Shown: one piece after another, positions 34,988 to 46,310 of the stretch
How the letters are laid out: every line of letters begins with the position of its first letter
How positions within the stretch are numbered: the first letter of the stretch is position 1
Notes under the pieces: model-generated
Told to the model about the DNA's origin: nothing
Database searches by the model: none
Seen by the model: only the letters and a program-made list of their open reading frames with translations
Source: Vairimorpha necatrix
Lineage: Eukaryota
DNA: 64,000 nt
NCBI GenBank assembly: GCA_036630325.1
Contig: CP142732.1
Location: 496,001 to 560,000 of the forward strand
Direction: 5' to 3'
Program-made: the position numbers and the translations under genes

Positions 34988-37498
34988 CTAGTTCCATTTA
35001 TTTGGACTGTCATTACTTATGTCTTTTATATTTGGAAATATCTCGGCCACATTTATGTCGTCACATAAATTAAAATATTTCTCTAAAATCTCATGTCTCT
35101 GTTGACACACTTTGTCATTCAGCCCACTGTCTTTACAATACTCAGGCTCAATAAAAAGGACCGAATCTTCTTCATCTGATTTTATATGAGGAATTATTGT
35201 ACTGGACTTGTAGTCATTTTGAGATAAACATTTTCTCTGGCTGTCGATTACTCGTCTGTAAAGATCATTTTTAATAATCGAGGGGTCTCTTAGAAATCTA
35301 GAGCTTTTTACATCGTAGACTTTATTCTTCTCGGGACTGAGTCTCAAATTAGGCGAGTCAAGATTCTTCATAATCTTCTTTATATTAATTTCTAGATCTT
35401 TACTGCTTGGTGGCTTAACTTTGTCATCTACGAAGACAGAGTTCCTTTTTATTTCGATCTTGTTTTTCTCTTTCTTAAATATGCTTTTTAATAAATCATT
35501 TCTCGCTTTGAGATTGAGTTTCTGTGGGGGATCGTTCACTAGATTTGTGGGGTCTTTTTCTTTTTTGACTATTTTTACAGTTAAACAATCCGCGGGCCTA
35601 ATTTCATCATTCACAATATTATCGACATTTACAAGCTTGCTTTCTACTGGCTTATTTTCGTGTACTATATTATAGTTTACTATATTTTCGTCTAATGGCT
35701 TGTCTTCTTTTACTACATTGACCTCCACTGGCTTATTTTCTTTTTCATTTAAAATGGGGTTTACACTGGTCTCCTTATCCATAATTATGTCTTTTTCTTT
35801 CTCTAAGTTTATTTCTTCGTCTTGTTCTTTTATTATGTCTTCTTCTTTCTCTTTTACTATGTTTTCTTCGGATTTTCTTCTGCCTAGTTTTATAACACGG
35901 AGTTTTTCGTTTATGTTGCTCATTGTTGTTTTCTGTCTATTTCTCTTTTTTGCATTCATCGTGATGCCTTTCTTACGTGTTTTGATTGTTTTCTTTGGTT
36001 TTGATTTAATTTGATTAGCTACTAAATCTTCTTCCCTTTTAATTGCAGTGGCTTCTTTGTTTATTATTTCAGGGATACTGAAATTGCCTTTTATTAGTGT
36101 CTTAGATACTTTTGAGACTTGATGTTCTAGTTTCTCCCCAGGTAGCTTTTCTGCATTTATCTCATTTTGTACTTGAGGGAGGGGCTTCTCGTCATCCTCA
36201 GTACTTTTAAAATGATCATTGTATCTTTTTCTTCTTTGTACTACGGATTTCTTAGTATTATTCTTTACTATTAAATCTTCATTAATTATTTCTATAATTT
36301 CCTCATTTTTAATAATTTTATCTTCTTTACTAGTTTCCTCATTTTTTATATTTTCATTTACATTTTCCTTTCCTAAATTTTCAGTCTCTGCTTTGCTGAT
36401 TTCATTTTTGACATTTTTCCTGTTGACCTTCTTCTTGGTATTTTTAAAGTTTTCCTTTCCTAAATTTTCAGTCTCTGCTTTGCTGATTTCATTTTCGTTT
36501 AATTTCTTCCTTCTCGTATTTGTTGCTTGTAGGATCTCCTTTTCTTTACTATCTTTTTTAATGCTTTTATTCTCGTTATTTATATTCTTCTTTCTCGTAT
36601 TTGTGTTGACTTGTTTTATAATCTCCTTTTTAGTGTTTTCATCTTCTTTACTAATGTTCTCACTTACATCATCTTTTCTCAATTTTACGCGGTCATTTTT
36701 AATATTTTCAGTTTTCACATTTTTCAATTCTTTTTTGTTGGTTTCTTTATTTGAGTTTTCTTGTTTGACGCTCTTGATTTTAGAATTTAAACTTTTTATA
36801 TTCCCTTCACTCTCTTTTAATGAATTTTCCTTTAGTTTCTCGGTTTCATTTCCTGCTTTTTTCCTTCTTATGTTTGCACTCTCTTTTATTGGAAGATTCT
36901 TGACATTTTTCGTTTTTATATTTGCTGTTTCTTTTTTTATGCCTTCGCTCTCTTTTAATGTTTTTTCCTTTATAATTTCGCTTTCATTTTTTGTATTAAA
37001 CCTTCCCACGTTTGCTGTCTCTTTTTTAATGTGTTCACTCTCTTTTTCTAAATTTCCTTTTATGTTTTTCCTTCTCAAAATTGCTGTTTCTTTTATTTTC
37101 TCTTCGCTCTCTTTTAATGTACTTTCCTTTAAATTGCTTTTGGTTAAATTTCTTGTCTCTTTTTCTAAACTTCCTTTTATGTTTTTTCTTCCCAAGTTTG
37201 CTTTTTCTTTTTTAATGAGTTCACTCTCTTTTATTAGATTTCCCTTTATGTTTTTCCTTCTTGAGTTTGGTGTTTCTTTTTTATCACTTTCTTTTAAACC
37301 TTCACTCTCTTTTAATATTATTTCTTCTTTCGTTTCTAAAGAGTTCTCTCTCCGAAGTCTTTTTACTCTCCTACTTTGCTCGATCTTAAGTTTCAAAGGC
37401 ACAAGTGAAGACCTCCTTCTTGTTCTTTTTTCACTAATTGTTTCAATGTAAAATGTGTGCCACTGGTCCAGAATCTTTTCTAAAATGGATTTTATCAT
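34988..37498 (-). CDS. INCENP/Sli15-like chromosomal passenger protein
   Basis: Long charged, repeat-rich body; C-terminal IN-box-like segment SDEED..EPEYC..L..QQ..EKYF..INVAEIF..SPNKW. Confidence 0.7.
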   Translation of the reverse strand: MIKSILEKILDQWHTFYIETISEKRTRRRSSLVPLKLKIEQSRRVKRLRRENSLETKEEIILKESEGLKESDKKETPNSRRKNIKGNLIKESELIKKEKANLGRKNIKGSLEKETRNLTKSNLKESTLKESEEKIKETAILRRKNIKGNLEKESEHIKKETANVGRFNTKNESEIIKEKTLKESEGIKKETANIKTKNVKNLPIKESANIRRKKAGNETEKLKENSLKESEGNIKSLNSKIKSVKQENSNKETNKKELKNVKTENIKNDRVKLRKDDVSENISKEDENTKKEIIKQVNTNTRKKNINNENKSIKKDSKEKEILQATNTRRKKLNENEISKAETENLGKENFKNTKKKVNRKNVKNEISKAETENLGKENVNENIKNEETSKEDKIIKNEEIIEIINEDLIVKNNTKKSVVQRRKRYNDHFKSTEDDEKPLPQVQNEINAEKLPGEKLEHQVSKVSKTLIKGNFSIPEIINKEATAIKREEDLVANQIKSKPKKTIKTRKKGITMNAKKRNRQKTTMSNINEKLRVIKLGRRKSEENIVKEKEEDIIKEQDEEINLEKEKDIIMDKETSVNPILNEKENKPVEVNVVKEDKPLDENIVNYNIVHENKPVESKLVNVDNIVNDEIRPADCLTVKIVKKEKDPTNLVNDPPQKLNLKARNDLLKSIFKKEKNKIEIKRNSVFVDDKVKPPSSKDLEINIKKIMKNLDSPNLRLSPEKNKVYDVKSSRFLRDPSIIKNDLYRRVIDSQRKCLSQNDYKSSTIIPHIKSDEEDSVLFIEPEYCKDSGLNDKVCQQRHEILEKYFNLCDDINVAEIFPNIKDISNDSPNKWN

Positions 37499-37768
37499 AA
37501 TTGAGGGCTAGAAATTAATTTAAAAATGTAGTCAAGAACAAATAATTTCCCGCCCAATTCTGACGAATATAAAAGAGCGAATATTTTTTGACAGTTTTTT
37601 AAATTTATCTTGGCGAATATTTTCTGACAGTTTTTTAAATTAATACTTGAATTTTGATTTTTTTGAGTCTCATACTTTTAAAAATCTTTGTCACATTAAA
37701 ATTCAAAACATTTCCCGCCTTAGTCCTCAAATTTCTTATAATCTTTCTTATTTACACATATCTGTTTT

Positions 37769-39373
37769 TTAGTAATCTTGATCATATTGAAATATTTCCT
37801 TGGCTTCATCTAGCCGCTTCTTAAAATCTTGTATATTTCTAGTTCTACTCCAATATAGTCCATTCCTATAATTATTGATATTATAAACTGCTTTTATAAT
37901 ATTTATATTAATATTATAAATATACATAATTATCAATGAATCTCCATTTACAATCTCAAAATCTTCTTTCCCCGTCTTCCTATTACTTTTGTACTTATAC
38001 AAGTAGTAATATTTATTATTAAGTTTACAAGTCTTATTTTCTAAGTAACACATTTCTTGTTCTAGTAAATCCCAGTTTATATTCTTCTTTACTAATTTCT
38101 TCTTAAACTTGCTCAAATATTTGTAACTATTTCCTCCAGATTTTCTGGTAATTATATAATTCTCATAATAAATCTCATCATTTAGAGTGTCCTCATACAA
38201 AATTGTAGGGTTGTTTGACATCTTCTGATACCTGAGATATGCCAATTTACAAGGTATATTTTTATATTTTTCAACTGCTTCCTTGTATAAATTTAATATA
38301 TCTTCTCTAGTATCACGACTTTGTTGGTTTATTTCTCTAGTATCTCGATTTTGTTGTTTTATCCAAACAAATAGTAGAAAATGTTTATAACTGTAAATAT
38401 CTTCTCTAAGATTTCTTACACATTTCTCATAGTTCAAATAATATTCCAATTTATATTTTAAAATATTTTTAGTATTTCTTAGTAGTAAATATCCTTCTAG
38501 GTATTTTCCCATGTAAAATAAGACTTTACCAACTAGAAGCTTGTTCTGGTCTCCTGTTAAATATTTCAGAATATCAGTTTGTCCTGTGATCGAGTATAAT
38601 TTGTAATATTCTTTGATCTGGAATATTTTGTAATCTGAGATATTTACATATAATAAATCTATAATAAATGAAGGATTTAGAATAGACGAGATCTTGTTGT
38701 AAATCTTGTAGAATAATTTAGGAGTGATTTCTTTAGACTTAAGAAATAGGAAAAGAGACGGGCTTGATATTTTTATATTCGGCATGATTTCTATGCTCAC
38801 ATTAATTTCTTGTAATTTAATATCTTGTAGATCGAGATTTGTATATTTTGAAGCGAAACTTACGAGGGCATCAAAAGACTTTTCAGCAGCGTATTTTACA
38901 AAATTATTTTTGTCGTCTATCATATTTTCAGCGTGTTTATTTTCTAAATGGAAATTTTCATCTATAGATTTTTCAAATATTGAATTTATATTGCGTAATT
39001 CAATAATTTTCTCTTCTGTAGACAACCTATTAAAATCTCTTGGATCTTTGAGTTCTTTTGTATCTTCTTGATTAATTAAGGCTTGTGTATCTCCGGGTCT
39101 TTTTAACTTATTAATACGATTAGAATTTTCTAATATTTTCAAAAAATCAATTCGGGCAATGGGCTGTCTGTTTAGATCGTAAATGACATCAAAACATAAA
39201 AGATCATTGTCTTGTACAGGACCCTGTAGATTTTTAACAGCATCCCGTGAAGGATTAGAAAGATGATATTGTTCTGATGCTTTAAAAATTTTTGATTTCT
39301 TTTGTATCTTTCTTTCTATTTCATAAAGACATTCTAATTCTTCTCTTTCGTGTTTATTTTTTTTCTTATGCAT
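37769..39373 (-). CDS. Prp6-like pre-mRNA splicing factor (HAT/TPR repeats)
   Basis: N-terminal EELECLYEIERKI resembles PRP1_N; C-terminal NGDSL..Y and YRNGLYW resemble Prp6 GDAW..Y and PRHGELW. Confidence 0.55.
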   Translation of the reverse strand: MHKKKNKHEREELECLYEIERKIQKKSKIFKASEQYHLSNPSRDAVKNLQGPVQDNDLLCFDVIYDLNRQPIARIDFLKILENSNRINKLKRPGDTQALINQEDTKELKDPRDFNRLSTEEKIIELRNINSIFEKSIDENFHLENKHAENMIDDKNNFVKYAAEKSFDALVSFASKYTNLDLQDIKLQEINVSIEIMPNIKISSPSLFLFLKSKEITPKLFYKIYNKISSILNPSFIIDLLYVNISDYKIFQIKEYYKLYSITGQTDILKYLTGDQNKLLVGKVLFYMGKYLEGYLLLRNTKNILKYKLEYYLNYEKCVRNLREDIYSYKHFLLFVWIKQQNRDTREINQQSRDTREDILNLYKEAVEKYKNIPCKLAYLRYQKMSNNPTILYEDTLNDEIYYENYIITRKSGGNSYKYLSKFKKKLVKKNINWDLLEQEMCYLENKTCKLNNKYYYLYKYKSNRKTGKEDFEIVNGDSLIIMYIYNININIIKAVYNINNYRNGLYWSRTRNIQDFKKRLDEAKEIFQYDQDY

Positions 39374-39530
39374 TTTGACCCTAAGATGGAAAATTTGTTT
39401 ATGCAGAAAAAAATTTTAGTTTTTATTTATAGTAAAAAAAAAATACAAATTTATCAGTGGTAAAAAAAAGAATTTAATTAGGGTATGCTCATTGTAATTT
39501 ATATTTATAGTTTAACAAGGTTGGGCTCCT

Positions 39531-40260
39531 TTAGAGTCTCCTGCCGTGTAGGTGACTTTTAGTCTCCATAGTCCTTTCCACATCGGCTTCGTCTCCTCTC
39601 CTTCGGTAGTCCAGATAAATGCTTTCAGGCGTCTTCTTTGGCGTGATCATCTTGATGTACGCTGTTATCTTCTTCAAAATTTCGAATCTTGTGGTATAAG
39701 ATTTGTGAAATTTAGTCACTATACCGTCCCAAGTGATTACATAGGGAATTATTTCTGTTTTAAAACCATACATTAGGCCCAGTTCGTTTGCAAGGACATC
39801 ATACTTTCTTAACTTATCGTTTTCTATTTGCTGTAGATTCTCTTGTGATGTGACGCCCATTTCGATTATTCTGATCAATTTGTTCTTTTTATCTACTACG
39901 ACAATATTCAGTTTATTATATTTGATCTTTATGTCTGTTTTTACCGTTGTGTCTATTCTTATTTTCACATCTTTGTTGGCAACTATCTGTTGTACTGAGT
40001 GGTTTCTTAATCTCTTCTTAGGCTGCACTTTATATTTTTCACACAGTAGTAAGTGGATGCATTTAACATTTCATTATGCCTCATCATATAGTCGTGTCCT
40101 AGCATTTTTTTACCTTGTCGCTAGATGATCCACGGTCTTTGCTGATTTATTGCCTGGGGCAATTTCCAATTAAAAATAAAATATATTTTGGCCTTGTAGG
40201 GCACATAGCTTACCTTCTGTCCTGGCATTCGTGTTAACTACTTTAAGCCATAGTGATGAA
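39531..40260 (-). pseudogene. 3' fragment of an RLE-type (R4/Dong-like) non-LTR retrotransposon
   Basis: KTVDHLATR knuckle remnant, then IVVVDK..IIEMGV..KLRKY..IIPYVITWDG endonuclease motifs; stops and frameshifts. Confidence 0.85.
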
Positions 40261-40706
40261 TTTTTAATTTTTTGGATTTATAAAAAGATTTATTTTTATT
40301 GCATTAATAGATATTTGTGAGAATCGCGCCAAACTACCGTATGTTTTAAGCAGAAACGATGCGAAACATAAAAATGTCATATAACATGCTTAATCATTCA
40401 TGATGATTTTTTAAAGTAGTACTATAAGGACAAAAATGGCATCTTCATTTCTATTTTTTCTTGCTAATAATAGGTTAATTTTCATTAACACCAATCTGTA
40501 TTTATTTTAAATTTTATAATTTTTTTTTAATAAAAAAACATAAACAATTATAATTGGTATGTATCTTACATGGGTTAATGATTCCAACTTGATATAAACT
40601 TAAGATTTTTATCAAAAAATACTTTTTCTATAAGGTTCTAAAAATTTTTAAGAATTCATTTGCAATCTGCATTTTAGGATGTTCTTAAACATCTATTTAA
40701 TGTATA

Positions 40707-41941
40707 CAGGGGGTTGAATCGTTATAGTGCGATGTTTGAATTTCTATATTCCCATGTTTAAATTTCTATAGTGCTATAAAAAGTTGAAATTTAAAAATTT
40801 AAAAAAAAATTTATTAAATAAAGTCTTCTCTTGCTCTTGCCTTTTCTTTCCACTCCATCATATTTCTATAAAATCCAGGACACTCACGGCTAGAATTTAA
40901 ACTCAAAACATTATCAAGGCTTGTTTCAATTTGACTTTCTGCATTATGAAAAGATATAAACCTTGCCTTGAGCATCGAAAAGAATTCTTCGATGGGATTT
41001 AATTGTGGAGACTAAAGAGGCAGAAATTTATGATTGATCCCTAGACTGTTTAATTTTAGTAAAACTTCCTGCGAATGATGAAAACTAGCATTATCCATAA
41101 TTAGAATTTTACCCGGATTATTCCTAAAGAACATAGACAATTTATTCTCCACAAAGTTCATAAAACTCTCAGAGTTATGCGCTCCACGTTTAAACTCAAA
41201 TGGCCTGCAATCCATTTATTGTAATTACGCACATGCAGCTGATATTTTGGCTGCGATTTGCTGGCACATTCTTATAGGCTTTGGTGGTTTTCTCTGAGTA
41301 TCCATAACTACGGGTCGTATGGGCGTTGAACCCAGTTTCGTCATGGAAAACTAGTTTTTCAACAGAATACCTACTAATTCCAGATGCATAGATACTTCTT
41401 TTATTTAACTTGTTTAAAGAATTACGTTCAACAGGAATTAATGAAATTTTTTATATTGTTATACCTAGTTTTTTAAGTTTTTTCGATATTGAAGATATGG
41501 TCAAATTTACTCCTGTTCGTGTATTTAGCTCGTCGAAAATTTCTTTCAAAGTCATATCATTTGCACAATCAACTATGTTTTTTATAACACGCCCTGTGTT
41601 TGAAAGTATTTAGCTTTCACCCAACTGCGGGAAAGGGCCAACGGATTGATTGTGCTGTCTTTTTATGATAGATGCAACGGTTTTACAATGTAAATCAACC
41701 ATCCTCGATATTTAGGCCATGGATCGTTTTCATCTTTCGCTAATTCCAAAACTACATTTCTTAATTCAGTAGTTATGGTTTTTCTTTCTTTTCTAACCAT
41801 AAAGGGGCATAAAAAATGAAAATTTTTATGGAACTTAGAAATTCAAACATGGCACTATAGAAATTCAAACATGGCACTATAAAAATTCAAACATGGGAAT
41901 ATAGAAATTTCAACATGCCTTTATAGAAATTCAAACCCCTG
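40707..41941 (-). mobile_element. Tc1/IS630-type DD34E DNA transposon with decayed transposase (40814..41800)
   Basis: TA|CAGGGG...CCCCTG|TA ends; 21-bp subterminal repeats; FHDETGF, MDNASFH and SPQLNPIE with 34-residue D-E spacing; stops and frameshifts. Confidence 0.93.
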
Positions 41942-42689
41942 TAAAACAAAATTATGATAATTTTCATTCTTTAATAAACTATTGTTGCGTACAGTGTATA
42001 CAAAGTCAAGATTAATAGTAAAATCTCAAAAATGTTCTGTAGATTTATAGTAAGGATGCATATATATGTTTATGTATTGCGAATGGAAAAGGATTGTGTA
42101 AAGCGCCATCTTTTTTCTTGATTTTCGACTTTTTGTCGATCATGTAACACGCGATATGACATAAAAGACAGCTATTTGCCTAACTATAATATAAATCGCT
42201 CTTAATTTTTTTTTCAATATTGCGGGACATTTATTGTCGTCTATAATCAATATCTTAACAATTAGTATATTATTGACAATACTTTGAATGTATTTTTTTT
42301 TCAATTGTTTTATTGTTAGTATAGCACAAAGATTAAGCGCTAAAATTGGTAAATTTTTACATAATTAACATTTTAGTGCTAGTTGAGTTGCATCGTTTTT
42401 TCGAAAAACTTAATTCATTTGAAGGTTCAATGAATTTTGTCTGTGGATGTTACTTGCTTGTTCAATTATTAATGTCCAAGTTCAACACGTTATATAGCTT
42501 ATGATAGTATTTCGAATTGATACCTTAAATTATAATGACGATAAGATGTAAACAATTTGCTAAAATACTTAATCAAGACTGATTATGATTTTAATTTAAT
42601 TTTTTGAAAAAATTTAACCAACATGAAAAATCAAGATTCAATTGCATATCCAAGGAAATCTTTAGATGATTTTAAATAGTCTTCTTAAC

Positions 42690-42865
42690 AACACAAGTGG
42701 ACTAAAAAAACAAGCTTTGTTTCTGATTTAATTTTTACTCCTTTCACGATCCTTCAAAAAAGTTCGTGTATACAGATGTGTCTAGATCCACGAAATTAAA
42801 GCAGAGTTGATAACATAATGTCTTGAAATATGCTTATATAGACCATTGTAACCTTTCCAACCTTT
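42690..42865 (-). pseudogene. Merlin/IS1595 transposase remnant
   Basis: Reverse translation GWKGYNGL..H..IN / NFVDLDTSVYTNFFEGS* matches the Merlin pattern WKGY..H..VNH..FVDP..HTN.IE..W. Confidence 0.6.
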
Positions 42866-43617
42866 GGTGTGGAATAAATATCTCCTTAGCATTATTGCCA
42901 TCTGACATAACTTTTACTGCACGTTTTAACTTGCTTTAAAATGCCTGCAAATCTTGGTCCTTTTCCCTGCTATATCTATCACCTTTCTTTCAACTTTTTT
43001 GTTCGCAAGAAAGAAATCCAATTTGTGGAACATTTTTTATAGATTCAATTTCTATCCGAAACCGGTCCAGTAAGGGGTAAGTGTACTCGGTGTATCAGAT
43101 ATAAAAATAGCCGTATATTTATTCTGAGAGTTTATAATGCAAACCGAATGGTCATGGATAGCTTTAATATTTATATAGTTTTAACATTTTTTTACAATTT
43201 TTTTTCAAAAAAACTAAAATCTTCTATTAAATTACAGATAGGATTTTGATCGTTCCATTTCGTTCATTAGTGCTGAAAATACAACAATAACTCGGTGCCT
43301 AATTTTATAGCTTCGAAGTGTTCTTCGTTAACTATTCCAAGAAATAGTAAAAGGAGCATGCGGACCTACATCTGAACGTATTTGTAATATTTTTTTCTAG
43401 AAAAGCACAAATTAATTAAAAGTTTTGTTGACGTTTTATTACCAAATCAGGATGAGCAATATTTTAGATAAAGCATTCATAATTTTTGTGGAATTTTTAT
43501 AACACATTGATGTCATTTCTTTATACAAAGAAATGTGATCAGAATTTTATTTCTTTGAATAAAATTGATTATTATGAATCAAATAATTAATATTTAAAAC
43601 AATCAATTTGTACACCC

Positions 43618-44556
43618 ATGCATTCGTTATTAAGTATTATTGTTTTCACGACAATTTTTTTAGAAGCAAGTGAAGATAATTATGAGAGCCTTAGTGAATT
43701 TTTCAGATTTACTAGTGTAGAAGATGTTTGTAATAAATTTAATCGTTGGTTACACAAGACAGATATTACGTCAAAAGATTTAAATTTGTGGAGTAGACTG
43801 GTTTGGGATGAAGTAACTACAAATGATATTTTTAAAAATATGACCCAGAGTGCTAAATTTCAAAACCGTTCAGATTATATAAAATTTGAATATTTGAAAT
43901 ACATCAATAATAAGTACATTTTACTCAAAAAAGGATATAGCAGTTTAACATCATCAGACAAGAAATTTATTAAAAATCTCATTCATATTACTTTAGATAC
44001 GTACAAAACGTATGTTTCCTGTGATAAAGATTTACATGATAATGATTTATCTTTTGAAAAAAATTTTAAAAACAAGCTTAAAAATAATATATGTTTTGGG
44101 ATAAATGAAGGAAATGAATTGCCTATTGTTATTATGAAAAAGTGTGAAAGCATTGAACCATTGTATGAAACTTGTTTAGATATAAATTCATCCGAAGGTA
44201 ATTTTGGATTAAAAGTTTTTTTGCACGATATTAAAGTCAACCAAAATCATGTTTGGAATGCAAATTGCACCAATCAAGTTTATGACTATAAAGATGTTTA
44301 CATACCCAATGTAAATAATTTGGCCGAATTATGTAATAGTGAAAATGGTACGTATAATAAAATAACAAACGTTATTGCAAAATTATGTAAGCAATTGAAT
44401 ATTTTGAAACTTTGTGATTCAGAAAACATGAATGAAGAATGTATCAATTCTTATCAATATTCACCTGATACTTTTGGCTATGCTGAGATCTTCAAAATAT
44501 TTTTCGGGATACTTTTTATTCTATACATAATTGTAATTTTAAAGCCAAAAAGATGA
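43618..44556 (+). CDS. Hypothetical Cys-rich type I membrane or surface protein
   Basis: 312-aa ORF; CCC-ATG; signal peptide, multiple Cys, C-terminal TM followed by KPKR. Confidence 0.8.
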   Translation: MHSLLSIIVFTTIFLEASEDNYESLSEFFRFTSVEDVCNKFNRWLHKTDITSKDLNLWSRLVWDEVTTNDIFKNMTQSAKFQNRSDYIKFEYLKYINNKYILLKKGYSSLTSSDKKFIKNLIHITLDTYKTYVSCDKDLHDNDLSFEKNFKNKLKNNICFGINEGNELPIVIMKKCESIEPLYETCLDINSSEGNFGLKVFLHDIKVNQNHVWNANCTNQVYDYKDVYIPNVNNLAELCNSENGTYNKITNVIAKLCKQLNILKLCDSENMNEECINSYQYSPDTFGYAEIFKIFFGILFILYIIVILKPKR

Positions 44557-45517
44557 CGATGACGACAATTGTTGTTGAAATAAAAATTTTCAAGTTTTAA
44601 CGATAATTGTAACGCTTATTTTTAATTTATATTCAATTTTATTTCAGCTTTTATAGATATCTGATCACAATTCAATTTTTTTCGCATTATATATATTCAC
44701 TTCACATTAATTCATCATAAGAATTATATCATTATTATCTATTTCTTTGATCAAATGTCACAATAATACAAAAAAATAGATGAAACTAAGGTATATACGT
44801 GAGAAAATATACGTAATTTTTATAAATCTGGTTTATTCCCGTAATACAATTGTTTTATATAAAAGTTATCTCATTTAAGTTAAATAACAATTAATTGATT
44901 TTTTTTAAGTATAATATCTTAAATTACGTTTACTTTATAGCACACAAGCTCACTTTTATCAATATTAGACACTGGATTTTCCTATATATCTTCCATTTGG
45001 CTCTAAAATAGCCTTTCCTTATCAATATCAGCGCATGTCTGCTTGATAAAAATGAGATTTCTGCGGTCATTTAAGGACTCTTTTTATCCGCTCGAATTCA
45101 AATAAGCTGTTTTTATGAGTGCGGTGGTATTTATTTATACGACATCTTGAAATAACATATATGTAATAATTGTAGGTATATTTGTATGCCGAAGCTACGT
45201 CGTCTGCCAGCACAAAAAAAACTTTTAACCATTAACAGTGCTAAAAAACATTGGTCATATTTTTATTTTGATTATATATATGGTCGACAGAAACTAAAGG
45301 CTATTATTCAGAATCAAAATTCCAAGAGGCCATATAATCCTCGAAAGAAGATTTTAATGTACTTTTATCTACTTAAGAACTTACAAAAGCCAAAATTATC
45401 TACGAATGCGAGCAGAAACACTAAATAATAGCGGAGAGAAGTCTTTCTATCATATGTTTGTAAGTTGAATAAGATTTGGAATTTTAAGAGATGTACAACG
45501 ATGCTAAAAGAACCGCA

Positions 45518-46310
45518 GGAGCCCTTAGCACAGTAGTAGAATGCAATGCTTCCATTAAGCAATGGCTGGGTTCGATTCCCAGGGGCACCAAAAATTGTTT
45601 CTACTTTCTATGATGCAGTTGGAACAACTCAGTTGATGAAAATGTCCACGATAATCATTAAGTTGATTCAATGAAACTTGTGTGTGTCCAGCCACAAGGG
45701 GTTTAGCATCTAGTGTAGGAACGCACCTCAAAGCCAAAAATCAGTATCACCCTTTGGTGACTTAATGATACATAAAAGTATCTAATGGGTACGAGCTAGT
45801 TGGAGCCCATGGCTGGTGCACTCTAGAGTGGGATCCTAGAGCTAACTAAGAGACTAGACGAAGTAGGGCAATAGAAGGTCTCGTGGACGCTATTCTACAA
45901 GATTCTGTAACACGGTGGCCGAAACTAGTGTGAGACTGGTGGTCAACGCAGCCCAATAAAAACGCCGTGCTGGGGATGTGGTCGTGTAAGGAGCGTGTGT
46001 GCAATACAAATGATTGTAGTGACCTTGAGTCAGTACGATGATGTCTCTCCTCGGGTTATAGATAACTATGCCCGTTAAGTATATCCGCTGTGAGGTCACT
46101 CTGGACGCGATTTGAGGTATGAATGGAAAGTGTCTCCTGGAGCCAAAGTCCAATGGATACGGCGGAGCTTGCTGCACCGGCAAGTTGTATGGAGGGAGTT
46201 TTAGTGAATAAGAATCTCACAGTACTAGTTGGACGAGGATCACACCCAAATCCCCCTGGTCCCTATGTAAGGTTTCTCCCTACCTCTTACTTGCAAGAAA
46301 AAAAAAAAAA
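45518..46310 (+). mobile_element. Best-preserved tRNA-headed SINE copy
   Basis: tRNA-like head 45518-45590 (GGAGCCC/GGGCACC acceptor, CTGGG-TTCGATT-CCCAG T-arm), ~700-bp body, 3' hairpin, A13 tail. Confidence 0.92.

Noticed and set aside
36219-37451. 410-aa hydrophobic + strand ORF
   Set aside because: Antisense shadow of the K/E/N-rich INCENP-like gene. The same applies to most short ORFs overlapping real genes.
41838-41936. Regular 21-bp repeats, superficially CRISPR-like
   Set aside because: No spacers; these are Tc1 subterminal repeats mirrored at the other end of the element.
45518-45590. Functional tRNA gene
   Set aside because: The acceptor stem has a mismatch, the D and anticodon arms are non-canonical, and it is fused to the same repeat body in the full-length copies, so it is a SINE head. 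The parent tRNA could not be assigned by eye.
45845-45865. AGAGACTAGACG resembling the group I intron R element, or a hammerhead/HDV ribozyme
   Set aside because: No matching S element (AAGATATAGTC), no CTGANGA..GAAA core and no HDV P1/P3 pairing found by eye.
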